Source: Calditrichia bacterium
GTDB lineage: Bacteria > Calditrichota > Calditrichia > RBG-13-44-9 > J075
DNA: 64,000 nucleotides
Direction of reading: 5' to 3'
Assembly: GCA_050633245.1 (NCBI GenBank)
Contig: JBOEGD010000032.1
Location: 1-64,000 of the forward strand
Notes under the pieces: generated by a model
Told to the model about the DNA's origin: nothing
Seen by the model: the letters and a program-made list of their open reading frames with translations, nothing else
Database searches by the model: none
Shown: positions 25,599 through 36,449 of the stretch, piece after piece
How positions within the stretch are numbered: the stretch's first letter is position 1
How the letters are laid out: the number at the start of each line of letters is the position of its first letter
Program-made: the position numbers and the translations under genes

Positions 25599-28500
25599 GT
25601 GGGTAAAATGGTGAAAAAACAAAGAAGCTGGCATTTTTATTTCAGCATCATAATACTGACTCTTGTTTTGGGAGGATATGTGTTATGGACATTCACGCCC
25701 GTTAAGGATGAAGTGAAAGCTCTCATCATTACCAAGCTACAGCCATACCTTGGTGAATCCTTCCTGATCAATGACTTTGATATGGGGCTAAGCTATATCG
25801 AATTCTCCCGAGTGCACGCCTCCAATGAAAGCCAATCCTTTGCTATTGAACTCGATCGCATCCTGATTGGCTACAGTATGCGTAAGCTGATTACCAGTGG
25901 TTTCGACCCTGCACAGGCCATTACAACGGTAAAATTTAAGCGGCCACAACTAAGTCTGCTTTATTCTGATGAAATGAAGGTGCGCCAGAATCGCGATTTT
26001 TCACTCGAAAAATTATTGGAAGAAGTTTTAGTCGGACTTCAAAAGGCGCCGCAAATTGATCATATTTCCGTCGTTGATGCCGAGTGGTTTCTGGACTTGC
26101 CGGGCGGTGGCAAACTGCCCATTTTAGATCACCTTGATGGTCGGCTAGACTATCGCCCCAATAAAAAAGTTGTATTTATCAATCTGCGCGGAAAGTTTAT
26201 CGGCGTGGAAAAATCTTCAATTGACCTGGTCGGTAACGTCAATTTTGAAGATAAGACCCTTACTGCAGACCTGGTTCTTGATGAATGCCTGATTACGTCC
26301 GACTGGCCTTTTTGGAAGATCAACTTTTTTAAAATTCGCAATGCATGGCTACAGGGAAAGATACAGCTGAATAGCAATACACTTCAGCAGGATAGCTTGA
26401 TTCTGGGAGGTGAAATTCAGGTGCGCGAGTTCGCCGCTGATGTGTTCAATCAACATACCAAGGCCGACAGCTTTACAATGAAACTGGTGAATCGCAAAGT
26501 GGAAGTACAGCCTTTTGATTGCACTGTAGAAGATGCCAGCGGAAAATTTCACGGTATTTTTACCGATATTTTCAGTCCCGAGGTAGATTGGTGGCTGGAC
26601 TTTGAGAAATACTCTCTGAAGCATTTGGTTCAGGCGCATAATGTTTTTCAATACGTTTATGATGGAAAGCTTGCCGGTCGCGTTCACTTTACCGGCCCCA
26701 TAAAAAAGATGCGCATTGATGCCGATGTAACGTCCCCCGACATTCTATACGGTGTGGTGCCGTTCAATTCCACCAAGGTGCGCCTGGAGTACGATCATTC
26801 AACAAAGCGCCTGAATCTTCCCTACCTGAGAGCAGATTACTTTAAGTGGCGCACTGAAGGGACTGGAACGATGGAGTTCCACGAATATACCACCCAGATG
26901 GATTTAAATAGTTACATCGATGTCCCTGATGGGTACTTTTCGCTGCTGAATGGACTGAATGACGGACGAGTTGGATTAAAATGGGATCTAAAGGGCGACT
27001 TTAATCGCAAGCTGTTTACCGGGAACGGACGCTACACTGTCCAGAGAGGCGACTCGGTGCTGGCACGCGGCCGCGGTCCGCTACGTCTGGATTACAATAA
27101 GCTCGACTTTCGCTTAAACCCTGAAAACCTGGCAAATGATTATGGCCTTTCGGGAACGATAGAAAATCTATGGGATGTGCCTAACGTAAAAATTATGGAA
27201 GCGCGAAATTTCCCCGTTAAGGAGTTTACCGTCAATCCACTCCTTGCCAAAATGGTTGAAGGAAAAGCGGTCGATTTCTATTTTGCCGGTCCTTATAACA
27301 TGCTTTCTACGAAAATGAAGGTGATGTCGAAAGATCGCGCAACAAACCACATTGTGCTAAATGGCAGTATCAAGGATATCTTTTACGATAATCAGGCGTA
27401 TGAAGGCCGGTTTACAGCCTATAGTGCGCCGAAAAAGATTGACGGTAAGTACAAAGTCCGCTTTTCTGAAAAAGGCATCGATACCCGTATTTTTTCCTCC
27501 AATCTATTTGACGGTTCGATTTACTTTGGCTACAAACCATCTTCACCGTTTCGCGGCAATGTAAAGATTCATCACTTTTCTGTAGCTGAATACCTGCAGA
27601 ATATCTCCACCTTTTCTCAACTCTTTCAAGAAGGATCACTTGCCGGAGAGCTAACGATCGACGGGACAGTTGGTGATCCCCAACTGCGCTTCGATCTTGC
27701 TGCCACCGAGTTTATTGTGAATAACGTGGGCTACTACGATACCCGCTTTTCCGGTAAGCTTGAAAAGCAGGTGCTAAAATTTGATAACTCGTGGGTGCGG
27801 TTAAACGGTGAACGTGTTTTTAATGCGGATATTACATACGATACGGCACGTGATTCACTGGAAATGCTCATCCGCGCCGAGGATGTTGAGAGCAACTTTC
27901 TTGCAGAGACTATCTTTAAAGACCGCGATCTTATTCGCGGAAGTTTCACCTATGCCTTAAAGGCGCTGGGTAATCTTGCTTCGCCGTCCGTTCAGGGAGA
28001 TGTGCAGGTGCGCAATGGCGAAGTTAAGGGCACTCCATTCGACTTGATCACCGTTACGTTTGAAGATTCTCTCGTAGCGAATGCCGAGACCTTTTGGGAT
28101 GCCGCCAACCACTTTGTCAAACTGCGACGTTTTACCTATATGAACAGCGGTGCCTATTCAATTGAAGGTTCCGGCTACATGAGCATCGACCAGCATGGTC
28201 CTCTCGACATTCAGATTGATGTCGAAGGTAATGTGTTAGCCGAGCTACCGCGCATCGAACCCTACTTTGTAAAGCCGCGCACCGATGGCAGTCTATACGC
28301 GCATGTTCAGGGCAGTCGGGTAAATCCATATTTTAAAGAAGTTGATCTGGTTATTCGCAATGGCTCAATTGAGTTTGATGGCCTTATTCCACCCGTTACC
28401 GGACTAAAAGCAGAAGTAAAGCTGACCGATGAAGACAATTTTGTCGAAATCCGCACTCTCGAGGGGGCAGCATTAGGACGCATGTTTCGGATGTATAATG

Positions 28501-29807
28501 AGAAACAGGTGTTTGTTGAAGATTCTCTGGAGCTCGATCCTCTCTATTTTAACGATATGGGATTGAATTTTGGTACGCTGGTGCTCGATACCGACCCACT
28601 GGGTTTTCCGCTGTCGGTATATGGAATGATGGAAGAGGGAGACATCGGCTACTTTGCAACGCGGGGCAATGACTCCGACGAAAAGTTTTATTTCAGTGGT
28701 CCCGTAGAAGACCCCTATCTTCGTGGAACGGCCTTAATGTATGATTGTCGCGTTACATTTCCGTTCATTGGAATGGTCGAAGACGGCGGCGAGTATGCCT
28801 ATCCCGAAGATGACAAAGTCATCGATTTTTTGATGAATCTGCGCACAGATTTTTCGCTGCTTACCGGCAATAATAATCGGTACTTTGTAAATGTTCCTGG
28901 TTATGTAGGTGAAGTATTTATGGATTTGAAGCTGGACAACGATTCGCCCGGCCTTACGTTTAAGGGACGTTTTGTCGATGAGTCCTGGCGAATATTAGGT
29001 GGAGTACAGTCGTCACGGGGCCGTGTAGAATATCTGGATGTGAAGTTCCGCGTCGATCGCTTTGGCGCAGATTTTACAAATTATGAGATCCTGCCGGAGG
29101 TGTATGGGCGAGCCTATACCACCGTACGCGATACGACGGATTTTCCACGAGACATCTTGTTGCAGCTGTACGTGATTGACCCCGTTACCAAACAGGAAGT
29201 AAATAAGGGGCGCTGGGAAGATTTTCGCTTTAAGCTGGTATCGCGTGAACGCCCCAGTGATCCGCTGATAGAGGAGACGCAGGAAAACCTGCTGTCCTAT
29301 TTGGGCTACAGTTTTGACAATCTATCGAACAAAGCAGGCGAGGTCGGGTTAACGATGACCGAGAATTTCCTTATTCGCCCGCTCTACCGTCCGCTGGAGC
29401 GACAGCTGGAAAAACAGCTTAATCTGGATTATGTTCGCGTGCGTTCCAGTTTTACCACAAACCTCTTTTATTTGGGATTTCAGCAGCGCGCAAAAATCTC
29501 TGCACAGCCGTGGTTCTTTACGCCCACCCTCAACAATAGCCTCAACCCGGCGTTATTACTTTTGCAAAGTTCGGAACTTACTCTCGGTAAATACATATTA
29601 AGGGATGTCTACCTTACGTATTCCGGGCAATTGGTTTCCGGAGTAGACGATTCTAAGCTGGGAGTGAATCATAGTTTTGGACTTGAATATCGATTATTGA
29701 ATAATTTGTTGCTCGAAGTTGAATACGATCGGTATCAGTTCAATCCGTTTTATGAAAATCTACCGAGCGACTTTTTAATCCGCTTCCGGCATTCGTTTAA
29801 TTTTTGA
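25599..29807 (+). CDS. Large TamB/AsmA-like envelope protein
   Basis: 1402 aa; N-terminal TM anchor, beta-rich body, C-terminal LTLGKYI...LEYRL...FRHSFNF; directly upstream of bamA. Confidence 0.7.
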   Translation: MGKMVKKQRSWHFYFSIIILTLVLGGYVLWTFTPVKDEVKALIITKLQPYLGESFLINDFDMGLSYIEFSRVHASNESQSFAIELDRILIGYSMRKLITSGFDPAQAITTVKFKRPQLSLLYSDEMKVRQNRDFSLEKLLEEVLVGLQKAPQIDHISVVDAEWFLDLPGGGKLPILDHLDGRLDYRPNKKVVFINLRGKFIGVEKSSIDLVGNVNFEDKTLTADLVLDECLITSDWPFWKINFFKIRNAWLQGKIQLNSNTLQQDSLILGGEIQVREFAADVFNQHTKADSFTMKLVNRKVEVQPFDCTVEDASGKFHGIFTDIFSPEVDWWLDFEKYSLKHLVQAHNVFQYVYDGKLAGRVHFTGPIKKMRIDADVTSPDILYGVVPFNSTKVRLEYDHSTKRLNLPYLRADYFKWRTEGTGTMEFHEYTTQMDLNSYIDVPDGYFSLLNGLNDGRVGLKWDLKGDFNRKLFTGNGRYTVQRGDSVLARGRGPLRLDYNKLDFRLNPENLANDYGLSGTIENLWDVPNVKIMEARNFPVKEFTVNPLLAKMVEGKAVDFYFAGPYNMLSTKMKVMSKDRATNHIVLNGSIKDIFYDNQAYEGRFTAYSAPKKIDGKYKVRFSEKGIDTRIFSSNLFDGSIYFGYKPSSPFRGNVKIHHFSVAEYLQNISTFSQLFQEGSLAGELTIDGTVGDPQLRFDLAATEFIVNNVGYYDTRFSGKLEKQVLKFDNSWVRLNGERVFNADITYDTARDSLEMLIRAEDVESNFLAETIFKDRDLIRGSFTYALKALGNLASPSVQGDVQVRNGEVKGTPFDLITVTFEDSLVANAETFWDAANHFVKLRRFTYMNSGAYSIEGSGYMSIDQHGPLDIQIDVEGNVLAELPRIEPYFVKPRTDGSLYAHVQGSRVNPYFKEVDLVIRNGSIEFDGLIPPVTGLKAEVKLTDEDNFVEIRTLEGAALGRMFRMYNEKQVFVEDSLELDPLYFNDMGLNFGTLVLDTDPLGFPLSVYGMMEEGDIGYFATRGNDSDEKFYFSGPVEDPYLRGTALMYDCRVTFPFIGMVEDGGEYAYPEDDKVIDFLMNLRTDFSLLTGNNNRYFVNVPGYVGEVFMDLKLDNDSPGLTFKGRFVDESWRILGGVQSSRGRVEYLDVKFRVDRFGADFTNYEILPEVYGRAYTTVRDTTDFPRDILLQLYVIDPVTKQEVNKGRWEDFRFKLVSRERPSDPLIEETQENLLSYLGYSFDNLSNKAGEVGLTMTENFLIRPLYRPLERQLEKQLNLDYVRVRSSFTTNLFYLGFQQRAKISAQPWFFTPTLNNSLNPALLLLQSSELTLGKYILRDVYLTYSGQLVSGVDDSKLGVNHSFGLEYRLLNNLLLEVEYDRYQFNPFYENLPSDFLIRFRHSFNF

Positions 29808-29885
29808 TTTGCATAACGTGGGTAGAAGAATTATTTTCATAGGCTTAAGTGTCATTTAAGACCCAATCAAGGGGATTGCAGTAAA

Positions 29886-32219
29886 ATGAAGCAACAAACA
29901 TCGTTTTTTTCGGGTATCATCGCGCTTTTTCTGCTGGGATTGCTGCTGGTACCCTCTCATACAAACGCCCAGCCTAAAAGCTACCAGATCAATGATCTCA
30001 CTATTGAAGGTAATTCCACGGTAGACAGTTCGCTTATCCTTGTTAATCTCGGGGTAGTGCGTGGTTCCTTTCTTACAGCAGAAAACATTCAAAAAGCGAT
30101 TCGTAACCTTTGGGCGCTAAACCTTTTTTCAGATGTAAAAGTGCTGGCAAGCAATCAAATTGGCGGCAAGCTGGATCTTACGATTAAGGTCGTTGAATGG
30201 CCAAGACTGGATAGTTGGACAGTCGAAGGCAATGATAAGCTCAGCAAAAAAGATATCGATCGCGAAGCTGATATGTTCCGTGGAATGGTTTTTACTCCAT
30301 TCGTTAAATATAAAGCCAGGCGCAATCTGCTTCGTAAGTATCAGGATGAAGGTTATCTGCTCGCTGATGTAGAAGTCGATATTGAGAATGCCGATTCTAC
30401 CATGGAACGAAATGTTGTTCGCGCGAACCTGAAGTTCAACGAAGGGAAAAAAGTTCAGGTTAAGCGTATTCAGGTGCTTGGAGCGGAAACGCTCAAGCCG
30501 AAAGATCTGAAGAAATCCTTTAAGGAAATCAAGGAAAATCGCTGGTGGCGTGGTGCAGACTTCAACGAGAAGAAGTATGAAGGTGATAAAGAAAATCTAC
30601 TTCGCTACTGCCGCACCAAAGGTTTCCGAGATGCCGAGATAATAAAGGACTCATTATATTATAGCGAAGATAAACGTGATTTATTTATCGATGTGACCGT
30701 TGAAGAAGGCACCCGCTATCACTTCGGTGACGTTGAGTTTGAAGGCAATACCGTTTTTACTGAAGAAATCCTAAAATCGCAGTTACTTTTTGTTAAAGGC
30801 GATATTTATAATCAGGAAGATTTCGAAAAGAGTATTCGCGAGAACATTCAGAACCTGTATTATAATCAGGGATATCTGTTCGCCAATATTCAGCCGCTGG
30901 AAAATCCTACCGGTGAAGATACCGTCGATATTGCAATTCGTATCAATGAAGGTCATGTTGTAAGAATTAAAGAAATCGCGATTACCGGTAATACCAAAAC
31001 CAATGAAAAGGTGGTTCGGCGTGAATTTCGCCTCTATCCAGGCGATACCTTCAACCGCGCAATTTTGGAGCGTAGTGTTCGTGACGTATGGATTTTGAAC
31101 TATTTTGCTAACGTTGTTCCGGATGTGAAGTTAATTCCGGATGATGATAAGCACGTAAATCTCGAAGTCAATATTGAAGAGCGCTCAACCGATACGGCGA
31201 ACATGAGTGCTGGTTATAGTGAGCGCGATGGATTTATTGGAAGCATCGGTTTTGCACTGAACAACTTTTCGCTTAAGCATCCGCTTACCGGCGGTGACGG
31301 ACAGCGCCTGAGCTTTCAGTGGGACTTTGGCCGCTTCTATCGCAATCTGTCCCTGAATTTTACCGAGCCATGGGCATTTGGTACGCCTACACTGGTCGGA
31401 TTCTCTATCTTTGATACCCGCTATAATGGTAATTTTCGTCCCTGGGATGGAAAAGAGCAGGGTGGAAGTTTGCAGCTTGGTCGCCGCTTTCGCTGGCCAG
31501 ACAACTATTTTCGTGGTGACTGGATCTTTCGTGTTTCAGAGAACGAAATTTTCAACATTCGCACGAACCAGTTGAATAATCGCTTTATTTTTGCTAATAA
31601 CTCGACGCAGATCAGCTTAACGCAGATTATTCGTCGCGACAGCCGGAACCGTCCGGAATTCCCGACATTTGGTTCGGTTTACAATTTACAAACAAAGTTT
31701 GCGGGTGGCCCGCTTCAGGGTGACGAAGACTTTGTGAAGAACGTTTTCAATCTGCAGTGGTTTGTTCCTGTTAAATACGGCCTTGTTATGATGGTCGAAA
31801 ATAAACTTGGTGCTATCGCAGGTTTGAATGACGGGTTTTACATCAACCCGAACGAACTCTTTTTTATGGGAGGTTCCGGACTGGGCTTCTCAGAGTCTCT
31901 TCGTGGATATGATGATGGAACTGCCGGCCCCAGGCAGGGTGGACGAGCTCTTGCACGATTTACTGCCGAGCTGCGTGTTCCTATTGCGCCAAACCCAACG
32001 CTTTTCGGACTGGTCTTTGCCGAAGCCGGACGCGTTTGGCCAACCTTCAGACAGTTTAACTTAAATGAAATGCAGCGATCTGTCGGATTCGGTGCGCGAC
32101 TCTTTATGCCGCTACTTGGTATTATCGGTGTCGACTTTGCCTATGGATTCGATTATTTCGATGCTTTAGAAAATAGAGATGGTGACTGGAAAGTTCACTT
32201 TAAATTCGGTCAATTTTAA
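29886..32219 (+). CDS. bamA: Outer membrane protein assembly factor BamA
   Basis: Signal peptide, POTRA repeats (ITGNTKTNEKVVRRE), LRGY motif, terminal F. Confidence 0.95.
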   Translation: MKQQTSFFSGIIALFLLGLLLVPSHTNAQPKSYQINDLTIEGNSTVDSSLILVNLGVVRGSFLTAENIQKAIRNLWALNLFSDVKVLASNQIGGKLDLTIKVVEWPRLDSWTVEGNDKLSKKDIDREADMFRGMVFTPFVKYKARRNLLRKYQDEGYLLADVEVDIENADSTMERNVVRANLKFNEGKKVQVKRIQVLGAETLKPKDLKKSFKEIKENRWWRGADFNEKKYEGDKENLLRYCRTKGFRDAEIIKDSLYYSEDKRDLFIDVTVEEGTRYHFGDVEFEGNTVFTEEILKSQLLFVKGDIYNQEDFEKSIRENIQNLYYNQGYLFANIQPLENPTGEDTVDIAIRINEGHVVRIKEIAITGNTKTNEKVVRREFRLYPGDTFNRAILERSVRDVWILNYFANVVPDVKLIPDDDKHVNLEVNIEERSTDTANMSAGYSERDGFIGSIGFALNNFSLKHPLTGGDGQRLSFQWDFGRFYRNLSLNFTEPWAFGTPTLVGFSIFDTRYNGNFRPWDGKEQGGSLQLGRRFRWPDNYFRGDWIFRVSENEIFNIRTNQLNNRFIFANNSTQISLTQIIRRDSRNRPEFPTFGSVYNLQTKFAGGPLQGDEDFVKNVFNLQWFVPVKYGLVMMVENKLGAIAGLNDGFYINPNELFFMGGSGLGFSESLRGYDDGTAGPRQGGRALARFTAELRVPIAPNPTLFGLVFAEAGRVWPTFRQFNLNEMQRSVGFGARLFMPLLGIIGVDFAYGFDYFDALENRDGDWKVHFKFGQF

Positions 32220-32270
32220 CAACGACAAAATCGGTACGTATAAGTATCTTAGTTATCCAGGAGGAATATT

Positions 32271-32798
32271 GTGAAAAAGGGTGTATATATTTTAACCTCT
32301 GTACTGGCATTTTTGCTGCTTATCAGCTCAACTGCTCAGGCACAAATGAAAATTCGCTACATCAATACTCAGCGCGTTTTAGTAGAATATCCGGAAGCTC
32401 AGGAATTGCAAAAGCAGCTTGATGATCTCAAAAAAACCTACGAAGCTGAATTTCAGGCCAAGCAGGTAAATGCCCAGAAGCTGGTAGAAGAAATTCAGAA
32501 GCAAAGTCTGCTGCTCAGCCCGGAAAAGAAAGCAGAAAAAGAAGCTCAGCTGGCGCAAACTCAGCAGGAGCTCGAAACCTATTATTATGCAAAGCTTGGT
32601 CCGCAAGGCGAGTATTTTCAGAAGAATCAGCAGCTTCAGGAGCCGTTAATGAACAAGATTAACGAAACCATCAAGCTTGTTGGTGAAGAAGAAGGCTGTG
32701 ATTACATCCTCGATCTGGTTGCTGGCTCGGTGCTTTATAGCAAGCCGGAACACGATTTGACAGATAAGGTGCTTGCTGCGCTTGGAAAAGCCAAGTAA
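32271..32798 (+). CDS. skp: Skp/OmpH periplasmic chaperone
   Basis: Signal peptide, KIRYIN, coiled coil, DYILD...DLTDKVL; lies between bamA and lpxD. Confidence 0.93.
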   Translation: MKKGVYILTSVLAFLLLISSTAQAQMKIRYINTQRVLVEYPEAQELQKQLDDLKKTYEAEFQAKQVNAQKLVEEIQKQSLLLSPEKKAEKEAQLAQTQQELETYYYAKLGPQGEYFQKNQQLQEPLMNKINETIKLVGEEEGCDYILDLVAGSVLYSKPEHDLTDKVLAALGKAK

Positions 32799-32821
32799 GT
32801 AGTTTACTAGAGATTGAATTG

Positions 32822-32859
32822 AAAAAGCTGGAGTTCGTGTAAACGAATTTCAGCTTTTT
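32822..32859 (+). terminator. Rho-independent terminator after skp
   Basis: AAAAAGCTGGAGTTCGT-GTAA-ACGAATTTCAGCTTTTT. Confidence 0.75.
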
Positions 32860-33002
32860 CTTGTTTATTGGCCCATCATAAGCGATTTTCTTTCCATATT
32901 ATTTTCGAGGATGCAAAATTTACTCCTTATATTGCAATCCTGCTCCTCAGGATTTAGATTGCCGCGGACTATATGAAAAATCAGACAATTAAGGAACGCC
33001 CA

Positions 33003-34058
33003 ATGGCTGCCTTAAATTTAGATTCACTTGCGTCAAAAATTGGCGGAACCGTACACGGAGACGGCTCTGTTGAAGTCACTGGCGTGGCTGAGATTGCCAA
33101 AGCTCAAGCGACGGAAATAACCTTCCTGGCCAATCCTAAATACAAGCATTTACTGAATTCATGTGATGCTGGTGCCGTTATCATTGACGGAAATGCCGAT
33201 CTGGTTCCCGATATCCCATATATTGAAGTGCCAAACGCATACTTTGGTTTTTTACAGGCCTTTTTGCTTTTTAATCCGCAGAAGGAACAGTTAAAGCCGG
33301 GGATTCATTCCACTGCCGTTATCGAAGAAACAGCTATACTGGGTGAAAACGTAACCATTGGTGCAAACGTTTATATCGGTGATGGCGTTACAATTGGCGA
33401 TAATACCCGCATTCTTCCCAATTGCGTTATCCTAAATAACAGCTCTATCGGCAAGGGATGCCTCTTTTACCCGTCTGTTGGTGTAAGAGAAGGCTGTAGC
33501 ATTGGAGACCGGGTAATTGTTCACAACGGTGCGGTTATTGGCAGTGATGGATTCGGATTTGCGCCTTATGGTGGCCAGTTTCATAAAATTCCGCAGGTTG
33601 GTACCGTTATTATTGAAAATGATGTCGAGATTGGCGCCAATGTAACAATTGACCGCGCCACGCTGGGTGAAACAATTATCCGATCGGGCGTAAAGCTGGA
33701 TAATTTGGTTCATATTGCCCACAATGTAATTGTGAATGAACACACGGTAATGGCGGCACAAGCCGGCATTTCGGGTAGTACAAAAATTGGTAAAAATGTT
33801 ATGATCGGCGGTCAGGTAGGTACCGTGGGTCATATTACAATCGGAGACGGTGCACAAATTGCAGCGAAATCGGGCATTGCAAAAAGTGTTGAACCGGGTG
33901 AACAGATGTTTGGCGCTCCGGCACATCCGATAATGAAAGCAAAACGCATAGAAGCGGTTATTAAGAATCTCCCGAATTTAGCGAAGCGTGTTCGACAGCT
34001 CGAGAAGGCACTGGAAAAGTTGTCTGAAACATCCGGTGAAGAAGAACAAGACGCTTAA
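33003..34058 (+). CDS. lpxD: UDP-3-O-acyl-glucosamine N-acyltransferase
   Basis: ITFLANPKY, hexapeptide repeats, IGSDGFGFA, KLDNLVHIAHN; start at 33003 or 32973. Confidence 0.96.
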   Translation: MAALNLDSLASKIGGTVHGDGSVEVTGVAEIAKAQATEITFLANPKYKHLLNSCDAGAVIIDGNADLVPDIPYIEVPNAYFGFLQAFLLFNPQKEQLKPGIHSTAVIEETAILGENVTIGANVYIGDGVTIGDNTRILPNCVILNNSSIGKGCLFYPSVGVREGCSIGDRVIVHNGAVIGSDGFGFAPYGGQFHKIPQVGTVIIENDVEIGANVTIDRATLGETIIRSGVKLDNLVHIAHNVIVNEHTVMAAQAGISGSTKIGKNVMIGGQVGTVGHITIGDGAQIAAKSGIAKSVEPGEQMFGAPAHPIMKAKRIEAVIKNLPNLAKRVRQLEKALEKLSETSGEEEQDA

Positions 34059-34101
34059 TAAAGCTGAATTCGATTTAACAAATTGAGACTGAGGTAGATT
34101 T

Positions 34102-35517
34102 ATGTACGAGGCAAAAAAACAGAGAACCATTAAGACCACTGCCACTTTAACCGGTGTTGGTCTGCATACTGGTGATCGCTCTACTATTACATTTAAGCCG
34201 GCTCCTGAGAACTATGGAATCGTTTGGAGCCGCACTGATATTGAAGGCGGTGTAGAGATCCCTGCGCTGGTAGATTTTGTGCTGCAGGATGATTCTATCG
34301 ACAGCGTTCGCGGAACAAATCTTACCAAGGATGGCAAGGTTATTTATACTATTGAACACGTTATGGCTGCTGCTGCCGGTCTTGAGATAGACAATCTGCG
34401 CATCGAAATCAGCGCCTCCGAACCCCCGGTTGGCGATGGTAGTGCCATGCCGTATGTGAAAGTGCTTATGGAGGCCGGTGTGATAGAGCAGGAAGCACCT
34501 AAAAACTATCTCGTTATTGAAGACACCCTGCAATATCAAAACGATAAAATCGGTGTGGATATGGTTGCGCTGCCGCTTGATGATTTTCGCGCTACGGTAA
34601 TGATTGATTATCAAAACCCGGCGTTGGGTAGTCAACATTCGGGATTGTTCTCGATTGAGAATGAGTTTGTCTCAGACTTCGCTCCAGCTCGTACCTTCTG
34701 CTTCCTCCATGAAGTAGAAATGCTTATTAAACAAGGGCTTATCAAGGGCGGTCGACTGGATAATGCCGTTGTTATTTGCGATAAAGGTCTGGAAGAGCTC
34801 AACGAAAAAGACATCAAAGAAACGCTACAAATCGACGGCGATGTATTTGTCGGAGAAAACGGAATCCTGAATAACCGCGAGTTGCGCTTCAAAAATGAAC
34901 CAGCTCGTCATAAGGTTCTCGACCTTCTAGGCGATCTCTATCTCGTTGGCGTTCCGATTAAAGGACAAGTGCTGGCTGCCAGACCGGGACATCAAAGCAA
35001 TATTGAATTTGCCCGTAAACTGCGCGACTACTACAAGAATCAGCAGCTTACCCGAAAGTATCAGGACGTCGCCAGCAAAGGTGTCGTGTTCGACTTCAAT
35101 GCGATTCAAAAAATATTGCCGCATCGTTATCCTTTTCTCTTCGTAGACCGTATTGTAGAGTTTGAAGCCGGGAAGCGAATTGTCGGTATGAAGAATGTAA
35201 CGGGTAATGAAGAGTTCTTTCAGGGACACTTTCCAGGACATCCGATTATGCCGGGTGTATTAATTGTAGAAGCCTTGGCCCAGTGCGGTGGAATTATGCT
35301 CCTGAATAATATCGATAGCCCGGAAGATAAGCTGGTTTACTTTATGTCTATGGATAATGTGAAATTCCGCAAGCCGGTATTCCCCGGAATGCAGCTTATT
35401 TTCGAGCTGGATCTGTTACGTCAACGTTCCTCAACTGCCAAGATGCACGGTAAGGCTTTGGTAAATGGTGAAGTAATGGTCGAGGCTGATCTAATGGCTG
35501 CTATCACAACTCGTTAG
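34102..35517 (+). CDS. lpxC-fabZ: Bifunctional LpxC/FabZ
   Basis: LpxC motifs GVGLHTG, TIEH, HKVLD; FabZ motifs LPHRYPFL, GHFP, MPGVLIVEALAQ. Confidence 0.96.
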   Translation: MYEAKKQRTIKTTATLTGVGLHTGDRSTITFKPAPENYGIVWSRTDIEGGVEIPALVDFVLQDDSIDSVRGTNLTKDGKVIYTIEHVMAAAAGLEIDNLRIEISASEPPVGDGSAMPYVKVLMEAGVIEQEAPKNYLVIEDTLQYQNDKIGVDMVALPLDDFRATVMIDYQNPALGSQHSGLFSIENEFVSDFAPARTFCFLHEVEMLIKQGLIKGGRLDNAVVICDKGLEELNEKDIKETLQIDGDVFVGENGILNNRELRFKNEPARHKVLDLLGDLYLVGVPIKGQVLAARPGHQSNIEFARKLRDYYKNQQLTRKYQDVASKGVVFDFNAIQKILPHRYPFLFVDRIVEFEAGKRIVGMKNVTGNEEFFQGHFPGHPIMPGVLIVEALAQCGGIMLLNNIDSPEDKLVYFMSMDNVKFRKPVFPGMQLIFELDLLRQRSSTAKMHGKALVNGEVMVEADLMAAITTR

Positions 35518-35566
35518 TGGAAGAGTAAATGGAACGGAATATATCAGTGCGAGACTGGAGGAAGTA

Positions 35567-36343
35567 GTGGCAACAATTCACCCCACAGCGATCGTTTCTG
35601 CCAAGGCTGAACTGGGAGAGAATGTAAGCGTTGGGCCGTATGCGATTATTGAGGATGATGTGATCATCGGAAATAACTGCGTCATAAATGCCCGTGCCTA
35701 TATCGCGAATGGTGCGCGACTGGCCAAAAACGTTTTGGTTGGAATAGGAGCGGTCTTGTCTAACCCACCGCAGGATTTGAAATACAAAGATGAAAAAACA
35801 ACTCTTGAAGTCGGTGAGAATACGGTTATTCGTGAATATGCGACATTGAATCGCGGAACAGATTATAATTGGAAAACGATTGTCGGTCGCGATTGCTTTT
35901 TAATGTCTTATGTGCATGTTGCCCACGACTGTATCATCGGAAATAATGTGATTATTTCCAATGCGGTAAACATGGCCGGACACGTGGAAATTGACGATTA
36001 TGTTGGAATTGGCGGAATGTCTGCTGTACATCAGTTTGTACGAATCGGCAGACATAGCTTCGTCGGCGGTGGGCTACGAGTAAATAAAGACGTTCCGCCC
36101 TATATCCTTGCCCAGGGCGATCCGATACAGTATGGCGGCATTAATTCTGTCGGTATGTCTCGCAAGGGGTTTGCCGATGAAGATATTGCCGATGTAAAGC
36201 GAGCCTATCGCGTGCTGTATAAATCCGACCTTATTCGCAAAGAAGCACTGGATAAAATCCGCGGCGACTTTAAGATGACAAAGAGTATTGAGTCCATTGT
36301 CAATTTTGTCGAAAATAGTACACGTGGTATTATTCGCGGTTGA
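35567..36343 (+). CDS. lpxA: UDP-N-acetylglucosamine O-acyltransferase
   Basis: IHPTAIV, PQDLKY, HVAHDC, VHQF, KDVPPY. Confidence 0.97.
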   Translation: MATIHPTAIVSAKAELGENVSVGPYAIIEDDVIIGNNCVINARAYIANGARLAKNVLVGIGAVLSNPPQDLKYKDEKTTLEVGENTVIREYATLNRGTDYNWKTIVGRDCFLMSYVHVAHDCIIGNNVIISNAVNMAGHVEIDDYVGIGGMSAVHQFVRIGRHSFVGGGLRVNKDVPPYILAQGDPIQYGGINSVGMSRKGFADEDIADVKRAYRVLYKSDLIRKEALDKIRGDFKMTKSIESIVNFVENSTRGIIRG

Positions 36344-36449
36344 GAATAAACCGCATGCAGACAATTTCTTGTTCACATAACAATTTTGTCGACATCAATT
36401 AGAAGTAGATTGAAATTATACTCTGAATCAAGATTCAGAAGGATGATAT

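Noticed and set aside
34102-35517. LpxC-FabZ fusion as a novelty
   Set aside because: A well-known fusion in Bacteroidota/Chlorobi-related lineages.
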